Made by a program: the position numbers and the translations under genes. Shown in pieces: positions 63,313 to 64,000 of a stretch of DNA of 64,000 nucleotides. The stretch is from Eledone cirrhosa. Its lineage: Eukaryota. The stretch spans positions 46,252,001 to 46,316,000 of the forward strand of contig OZ024754.1 in NCBI GenBank assembly GCA_964016885.1, read 5' to 3'. Each line of letters begins with the position of its first letter. The first letter of the stretch is position 1. The notes below the pieces were generated by a model. It was not told the origin of the DNA. It saw nothing but the letters and a program-made list of their open reading frames with translations, and ran no database searches.

Positions 63313-64000
63313 ATGTATATATCTTTTTATCATTATCTTTTTCTCAAATATCCACACATGACGACACACATGCAAATATTATGCATGGATATGTTAACTG
63401 GTAGCTGGAGAGAGAATAATATAGATGATAAAAGTCTATCTTCAGCAACAAGTGCTATATTGTCTCCCATGTTGAAAGATATTATTTTACAAGATAAGAA
63501 CTTGAAACTAAGACTAACTGATGTATAGAATAGAATAGAAAGACCTAGATGTGAAAAGAAGTGGAAATTGTGCAGATTGAAGATTGAAGATTTGACCGAT
63601 GTGAAGAAACTGGAAAGATGTGTCGAAAAGAGTGAAGAATGCATTCCGTAGGAAAGACATCCCCGAGAGTGAACATTTGAAGCTAGAGCAAGGTTTTAAG
63701 AGTTAGAAAGAGTAGTTGTTGATTGTTCCTGTGAAAAGCAACGAAGTGCAAGCATAACAGATGAGACAAGAATGCAGACCCAGCAGTCGGAGTTAAGCAG
63801 CGAAGCAGATGCCAATATAATATTAAATATTAGAGAATCAGTTTGTTCTTATTTCATGTTTTATTGCGAAATGGTATTGTTGAAAGCTAAAGACAATATA
63901 GCGTTTGTTGAAGATGATGTATACTTTCTATGCAGAAATAAGGAAACATTTGCACAGTCATCTTCATAATCATATGTTCGCTTTCAAGTGTGGGACATGT

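Overview
AT-rich, microsatellite- and transposon-dense animal genomic DNA. The repeat families and the CEICGK-type C2H2 fingers suggest a cephalopod such as an octopus; this is an inference. One spliced + strand gene spans about 4.9-29.7 kb and encodes a divergent 146-aa calmodulin-like protein with the invertebrate calmodulin exon pattern (ATG / 31 / 144 / 243 / terminal nt) and a Glu-to-Gln change at position 12 of EF-hand 1. A short, partly degenerate C2H2 zinc-finger ORF lies at 35.6-36.1 kb. The rest is mostly mobile DNA: RTE-clade LINEs and a partner SINE, Tx1/L1-like and R4/Dong-like fragments, Helitron remnants, piggyBac-, hAT- and mariner-type MITEs, tRNA-derived SINEs and minisatellites. 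The best leads are RNA-level: a canonical type I hammerhead ribozyme with variant Penelope-like relatives, an unexplained tandem of structured units at 49.45-49.70 kb, an antisense U2 snRNA 5' fragment in intron 1, and inverted MITEs bracketing exons 3-4. Most ORFs in the supplied track are low-complexity artefacts. I found no confirmed novel multi-gene system.
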